Positions 58,761 to 64,000 of a DNA stretch of 64,000 bases are shown here, piece by piece; positions within the stretch are counted from its first letter, which is position 1, and each line of letters opens with the position of its first letter. The notes under the pieces are model-generated. The model was not told the DNA's origin, made no database searches, and worked only from the letters and a program-made list of their open reading frames with translations. Origin of the DNA: Candidatus Bathyarchaeia archaeon (GTDB taxonomy: Archaea; Thermoproteota; Bathyarchaeia; Bathyarchaeales; Bathycorpusculaceae); contig JBEKSS010000011.1 of NCBI GenBank assembly GCA_049516875.1, forward strand, positions 47,681 through 111,680, given 5' to 3'. Position numbers and translations under genes: made by a program.

Positions 58761-58937
58761 CGTTTGAACTTCTGCCATTCAAATCAATCCGCGCCGCGCG
58801 CTAGTGTCGCAAGTTCTATGTGTCCACCACTTTTAATGTTCCACGTGGGCCACTAGAGGATATTTTCACAAGCTTTATCTTGCAGATGCGGCGCTAAACA
58901 CTGTTGAGGGCGCAAAGGCGGCATTGGAGAAGGGAAA

Positions 58938-60572
58938 GTGAACAGGTTTTCGAAACGAGCCTTCACTCTAACGGTAGCCTTGCTTATTGTATTTTCTATT
59001 CTTCTTTTTCAGCGCGTTGTTCCCGTGTACGCCTCCGAACCCAGCCTTACGGACATTTTTAGCAGTCTTGGTTTCACCAACGTCAGTCCGCTAACGGTTG
59101 AAACGTTTCCATCTGGAACGTACAACATCACTCTGTACGCAAAGTTCGGCGGCAACAACTATGATCACGTTGACGTAAACGAACTGAGTTACTACCAGAT
59201 TAATGCGAGCAGCTTTAACGTGTTGTTCACACCTTCAGAGCCAACCATCTACGGGTACGTCACTCCAACACTGACGAAGACGTTTTCTGCCGAATACCAG
59301 TTCGGCCTTTCCCTACTCTCCTGGCTGGACACCAGATACTTCACTGAAACCGCCCTGAACCCTGACGTACTTCCCCATGCGAGCGTGTACATCAACCTGA
59401 ACAACCCGAACATGCTACTGATTGGGTTTGATGAACGCTCGTACTGCACCAAAATGGGCGACGGGGATTTCAACGATATGGTCTTTTCCCTCCAACTGCA
59501 ATACTATCTCAACGTGTCCTCTCAATACGACACCCCGGCAGGCCAGGGATGGTACTACAACGGCACAAACGCCTACGCGTCCTTGGCAAACGGCGTGGTC
59601 GACCATGGAAATGGAACTCGCAGAGTCTTCACCCACTGGAACAACGACGCGTCTGGAACAGACTACACACAAAGTAACCCCATCTTCATGAACCAAAACA
59701 AAACCGCAGTAGCAGTCTGGAACACTCAGTATTACTTGACCGTTAAAACGGACCCGACCGGCACAGCGACGATTACTGGAGAAGGCTGGTACGATGAAGG
59801 TACGAACGCAACTCTGACGGCCCCAGCAGTCGCCGGCTACGCCTTTGCTTACTGGGACGTTGACGGCACATCTCGAGGCAACGGAATCAACCCGATCACG
59901 GTCAGCGCGAACGGGCTGCACACAGCCACGGCTCACTACTCAAAAACCTACACCCTCAAGATTGAGTCCACCCTAGGCGGCTCAACCAACCCACTTCCAG
60001 GAACCTACACTCCCATCGTGAACTCCACAGTTCAGGTGACGGCCAGCGCGAACGCAGGCTACGCGCTTGACCATTGGGAACTCGACGGAGCAAACGCTGG
60101 ATCCGCAAACCCCTATTCAATTCTGATGGACGGAAACCACACCCTAAGAGCGGTTTTCAAAGCTCTACCTTCCATTTCGGTGACAATAAACCCAGTGTCA
60201 GCCACGGTCTACCTGGGTCAACCCGTAACGTTCACATCAACAGTCAACGGAGGCACACCACCATACAGTTATCAGTGGTATCTCGACGGAAACCCTGTTT
60301 CGGGAGCAACCTCAGACAGCTGGAAGTTCACACCGTCCACAGCCGGGATCCATTACATCTACTTGAAAGTCACAGACTTCAACAACAACACAGCGCAATC
60401 AGAAACGGCCAAGGTTGAAACGTCAACTCCAGTAGGAGGATATTCCGTTTCACTCAGCAAGCACACAACGGTAGAACCTCTGGCCCTCAATGCCAGCCTA
60501 GTCGCAGGGCTGGCCATATTCCTCATTTCTTTCAAGCACAAAAAGAAGAAAAACTTGAATGGCGCCCGCTAA
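58938..60572 (+). CDS. Membrane-anchored surface protein (DUF4114-like, Ig-like repeats, PKD-like, PVGG + TM tail)
   Basis: Signal peptide; IGFDE...GDGDFNDMVF; GWY/YWDVDG repeats; GGTPPYSYQWYLDG; PVGGYS + hydrophobic helix + KHKKKK. Confidence 0.8.
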   Translation: MNRFSKRAFTLTVALLIVFSILLFQRVVPVYASEPSLTDIFSSLGFTNVSPLTVETFPSGTYNITLYAKFGGNNYDHVDVNELSYYQINASSFNVLFTPSEPTIYGYVTPTLTKTFSAEYQFGLSLLSWLDTRYFTETALNPDVLPHASVYINLNNPNMLLIGFDERSYCTKMGDGDFNDMVFSLQLQYYLNVSSQYDTPAGQGWYYNGTNAYASLANGVVDHGNGTRRVFTHWNNDASGTDYTQSNPIFMNQNKTAVAVWNTQYYLTVKTDPTGTATITGEGWYDEGTNATLTAPAVAGYAFAYWDVDGTSRGNGINPITVSANGLHTATAHYSKTYTLKIESTLGGSTNPLPGTYTPIVNSTVQVTASANAGYALDHWELDGANAGSANPYSILMDGNHTLRAVFKALPSISVTINPVSATVYLGQPVTFTSTVNGGTPPYSYQWYLDGNPVSGATSDSWKFTPSTAGIHYIYLKVTDFNNNTAQSETAKVETSTPVGGYSVSLSKHTTVEPLALNASLVAGLAIFLISFKHKKKKNLNGAR

Positions 60573-60854
60573 CTCTACGTTGCTTGCGTCTGATTCTTAG
60601 CGCGCGCACCTTCTGTCAGGGCCGCTCTCATTCTACTCAAATGAAGCACGGGCCAACGCATCGTTTCGATCGGACAACACCTTTCCTGCAGGACAACAGT
60701 GCCGCGTCACGCTGAAACAATAACACCACTCTTTCCCCGTTTCATCCCTAAAGACCATCTCAGTGCCTTTCATTGATCGCACAGGCTTATCTGAATATGA
60801 CATTATGGAAGATTAAAATACTCAGAATCTGAAGCAACACTCAGGTCCAAACAC

Positions 60855-61463
60855 ATGTCAGTATCTAAACCTGTTCAGGTTCTTGAATGTCTGACACTCA
60901 TGCTCTTCCTAACAACGTCGCAAGGTGCAACAGTCCGTGCCAGCTTGACGCGCGTTTTTATAGATCCGCCGAGCCTGACTATTGACGCCGGAGATTCTTT
61001 CACAGTGAATGTCAGCATAAGTAACGTGTCGAGCCTGTACGGTTGCGAGTTTAAACTGTACTACAATTCAACCGCGATGAATGGGACGCAAGTCGCTGAA
61101 GGTTCTTTTCTCGAAAGCGGCGGCTCAGTTTTGTTCCGGGTGATGAACTTCACCGATCATTATGATACAGCTCAAGGTCTAGCATGGGTTATCTGTACCT
61201 TAGTGAGAAGCAACGTGTCTGTAAATGGCAGTGGAGTGCTGGCAACGATGACGTTCAAGTCCCTCTCTGCAGGCGAGCCCGCTCTCCTCCATTTAGCAGA
61301 CGTCTCACTTCTCGATCCCAGCTATTCCCCAATTCCCTATGAAGACGTCGACGGGACAATCACTGTTATTCCCGAGTTCCCACCGCTCGTTCCAGCTCTA
61401 ACTCTGATTGCTGCCTCAATACCCATCGTTCTCGTTCGAAAGCGAACAACACGCAAAGTCTAG
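60855..61463 (+). CDS. Single cohesin-like domain with a PEF-CTERM anchor
   Basis: FTVNVSISNVSSLYGCEFKLYYNST...GSGVLATMTF...DGTITVIPEFP + TM + RKRTTRK. Confidence 0.82.
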   Translation: MSVSKPVQVLECLTLMLFLTTSQGATVRASLTRVFIDPPSLTIDAGDSFTVNVSISNVSSLYGCEFKLYYNSTAMNGTQVAEGSFLESGGSVLFRVMNFTDHYDTAQGLAWVICTLVRSNVSVNGSGVLATMTFKSLSAGEPALLHLADVSLLDPSYSPIPYEDVDGTITVIPEFPPLVPALTLIAASIPIVLVRKRTTRKV

Positions 61464-61854
61464 GTCTAGGTTGCCCGCAACTCTAGAAAATCGAGACGCC
61501 CACGCACGCCCTTCAAATAGCGCGACGGAAATAGGAAAAAGCGGAGCATGCGCGGGCACTGGATGTATGAGTGAGATTGTATTTATGAGTTATTCTGATT
61601 TCTGAGTGTCTCGCATTGTCGGCCAAAACCTTGAGAACTGCGATCAATCGGAGCGCCATATTCGACCTTGAAAAGCTTTCTTGTCCCCTTTTCTGCGTGG
61701 CCTGTGATGCTCATTTGTCATTGTCGTTGATTTCACAGTCATTATGCCCTTTTGTTGCATAATTTCGGCATAAAAAATAGAACATTCTTCCATACGAAAT
61801 GAATATAGCGTAGAATGTGCAAGTAATACCAAGAGAGGAAGGGGAGATAGCAGA

Positions 61855-62898
61855 ATGGTTAAGACAAGACCTGTAGCTGATATGATTTTGTTTGTGTTGA
61901 TTATGATGCCGGTCCTCAGTGTTTTCAGCTTCCCGTCCCGGGCTAATACTCAAGCAGACCCCACAATTTCGCTTGACCCACAGTTTACTCAAACACTGGT
62001 AAACTCAACTTTCGTTTTAGACTTGGACATAACGGGTGCACATGACGTTTGCAGCTGGCAAGCCTACATATACTACAGGAACGACGTTCTTGAGGGAGTA
62101 TCCTATTTTGAGGGACAATTCCTCCAGTCACACGGTTCCACACTTTTCGACGGCGAATTCCACAACGACTACAATCAAACTCACGGTCAACTCTGGATGT
62201 ACGGCCTGAGAACGTGGACAGGAAGCGGCGTGGACGGCGACGGAACACTAGCAGTCATAACGTTCAGAGGCAAGAATGGAGGAACTTCACCCGTGAACCT
62301 AGCAGACACCGTTCTAGGAAACGCAAGTGCACAACCCATTGACCATACAACCAGAGACGCCGAAGTTCAAGTTGGCGGCGATGACATCGCCTTGCTCCTT
62401 GTGTCTCCAAACAAGAACATTGTCGGACAGGGCTTCGAGATGAAGATTAACGTCACAGTTGCAAATCAAGGTTACAATCCCGAAACATTCAACGTCACTG
62501 TTTACGCAAACACGTCCTCGATAAATTTGCAGACAATCACCCTCTCGAACGGAAGTTCGACCGTTGTGACTTCTAGTTGGAATACTACCGGCTGGTCTAA
62601 GGGCAACTACACCATGAGCGCCTATGCCTGGCCCCCTCCAGGCGACACCAACACGGCAAACAACAACTGCACTTGCACGATCCCAGTTCACGTGGGTGTT
62701 CCAGGCGACGTGTCCGGCACGACTCCAGGAGTGTACGACGGAATCACGAACATGAAGGACGTCGCCTACCTGGTCAGCCTGTTCAACACTAAGCCGAGTT
62801 CGCCGAACTGGCAGCCCAACGCAGACGTCAACGACGACGGCGTCTGCAACATGAAGGACATAGCAATAGCTGTAGTCTACTTCAACCAGCACGAGTAG
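61855..62898 (+). CDS. Secreted cohesin-like + CARDB + dockerin protein
   Basis: FVLDLDITGAHDVCSWQAYIYY...GDGTLAVITF; INVTVANQG..PETFNVT; PGDVSG...ADVNDDGVCNMKDI. Confidence 0.85.
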   Translation: MVKTRPVADMILFVLIMMPVLSVFSFPSRANTQADPTISLDPQFTQTLVNSTFVLDLDITGAHDVCSWQAYIYYRNDVLEGVSYFEGQFLQSHGSTLFDGEFHNDYNQTHGQLWMYGLRTWTGSGVDGDGTLAVITFRGKNGGTSPVNLADTVLGNASAQPIDHTTRDAEVQVGGDDIALLLVSPNKNIVGQGFEMKINVTVANQGYNPETFNVTVYANTSSINLQTITLSNGSSTVVTSSWNTTGWSKGNYTMSAYAWPPPGDTNTANNNCTCTIPVHVGVPGDVSGTTPGVYDGITNMKDVAYLVSLFNTKPSSPNWQPNADVNDDGVCNMKDIAIAVVYFNQHE

Positions 62899-62900
62899 TT

Positions 62901-62996
62901 TCAAACTGGAACTCTGATTGTGAATTGAATCAAGACGGCATAGTGAACACGAAGGACATAGCCATCATGGTGCTCAACTTCAACAAACACTGCTAA
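62901..62996 (+). pseudogene. Orphan second half of a dockerin directly after the stop codon
   Basis: Reads SNWNSDCELNQDGIVNTKDIAIMVLNFNKHC*, followed by the T-tract at ~63001-63013. Confidence 0.85.
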
Positions 62997-63146
62997 ACAA
63001 TCCCTCTTTTTTTCTCTTAACTCAACGATTCAGCGCGTGCGCTAGATTAAGAACACTATCAACATTAAGGATACCTGCGATCTGATTGTAAACAACTTCG
63101 TTTATTGTGGCTGTCGTGCGCGCTCGGCACCTTCTTCATTTGCTGC

Positions 63147-64000
63147 TTATAAGTGGTTTCCGTAGTTCTGTACTATTAGGACTCCGTCTTGTTTATCCAC
63201 AACTCCGTCTCCGTTGACGTCTGCCTGCGGGTTCCAGTTGGGGTCCCCAGGATGGCTTCCCAAGGCAGCGTTCCAAGCGTTCAAGTCGTTAATGTCAACG
63301 TTGCCGTCTCCGTTCACGTCCCCTACCAGCTTCAGCTTGACCTGACCATCCACATAGACGTTGTTCGTCGCGTTCGTCTCGTAAGGCAGGACTTCAGCTT
63401 CAGCCTTGATGCCGTATGGACTCATGCTTGGTTGGAAGTCTGACGTGTTCCAATCGTACACCACGTCTCTCGTTTCGCTAGGCAGCAGGTTCTGAATCTG
63501 CAAAGCTGAGATGTTAATTCCGCCTGCGGAGATTGTTACGGTGAAGTTTTCAGGCACGTCGCCGTAGTCATGCAGTGTGACCACTATCCTCACGGTTCTG
63601 CCCACGAAAGTCTCGTTCGTGTACGAGACATACGTGGCTCCTGTGACCACATACGTGACTCCCGTGACCGCTACGTCGTGCTTGATGATTGCTATGTAGC
63701 CGTCTTGGGTTTGGGTTGGAATAATCTGGCTGTTGCCGTCTTTGACGGTGATGTCATGGAAGTGCAGTGTCGTGATTCCATAGTCCACCACTGCAAGGTT
63801 AAGGATTAAGAGTGTTGCATTGCCGTTGACCGTGACGGGACTCTTGTACGTGAGCCTCATGTACAAATAGCCTAAATAATCCTCAATTTCGCAGTAGACT
63901 GACGGAATTCGGCCTTGGATCGGCTGCTTCGCCACTTCCACGATGTAGAAGATGCTTGGAACGTAGCTCATGTTAAACTCGCAATACGCCATGTTCGTCA
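63147..64000 (-). CDS. Cohesin-like + CARDB + dockerin protein (5' end beyond the window)
   Basis: Frame open to the window edge; HDVAVT CARDB start; VGDVNGDGNVDINDL...ADVNGDGVVDKQD. Confidence 0.85.
   Translation of the reverse strand, partial: TNMAYCEFNMSYVPSIFYIVEVAKQPIQGRIPSVYCEIEDYLGYLYMRLTYKSPVTVNGNATLLILNLAVVDYGITTLHFHDITVKDGNSQIIPTQTQDGYIAIIKHDVAVTGVTYVVTGATYVSYTNETFVGRTVRIVVTLHDYGDVPENFTVTISAGGINISALQIQNLLPSETRDVVYDWNTSDFQPSMSPYGIKAEAEVLPYETNATNNVYVDGQVKLKLVGDVNGDGNVDINDLNAWNAALGSHPGDPNWNPQADVNGDGVVDKQDGVLIVQNYGNHL

Noticed and set aside
45751-62898. Diversity-generating retroelement TR/VR pair in the similar dockerin tails
   Set aside because: Both copies are coding, differences are not confined to adenines and are often synonymous, and there is no reverse transcriptase in the window.

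Overview
Archaeal chromosomal window, most consistent with Bathyarchaeia (TACK). This is inferred from the gene set: EgsA, PsmB, aCPSF1/FttA, SepF, Sm, L37e, uS10, an eL22-like protein, Mre11/Rad50, ATP-dependent ligase and many cohesin/dockerin proteins. Four zones: (1) 1-9.75 kb, housekeeping genes bracketed by two inverted copies of a ~190-bp palindrome-rich intergenic element. (2) ~10.1-26.2 kb, an apparently AT-richer gas-vesicle island: gvpA plus a gvpC-like ORF divergent from gvpN-O-(E-like)-F-G-J-(H-like)-K-L-M. It carries its own chaperones: a divergent DnaK, a GvpF/L-J-domain fusion, three alpha-crystallin proteins, CDC48 and a degenerate zincin-like protein. (3) 26.3-31.4 kb, gene debris, a HAD hydrolase and a proviral scar (terminase and integrase fragments around an archaeal ATPase), followed by core genes to 44.2 kb. 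(4) 45.7-64 kb, a surface-protein region with the parts list of a cellulosome-like assembly: a PEF-CTERM-anchored cohesin, cohesin+dockerin adaptors, a dockerin-tagged subtilisin and dockerin remnants. Best candidates for new biology are the chaperone-integrated gas-vesicle system, the cohesin-dockerin protease scaffold, and several unannotated DNA motifs. No rRNA, tRNA or CRISPR array was recognised. All calls are from motif recognition by eye; no searches were run.
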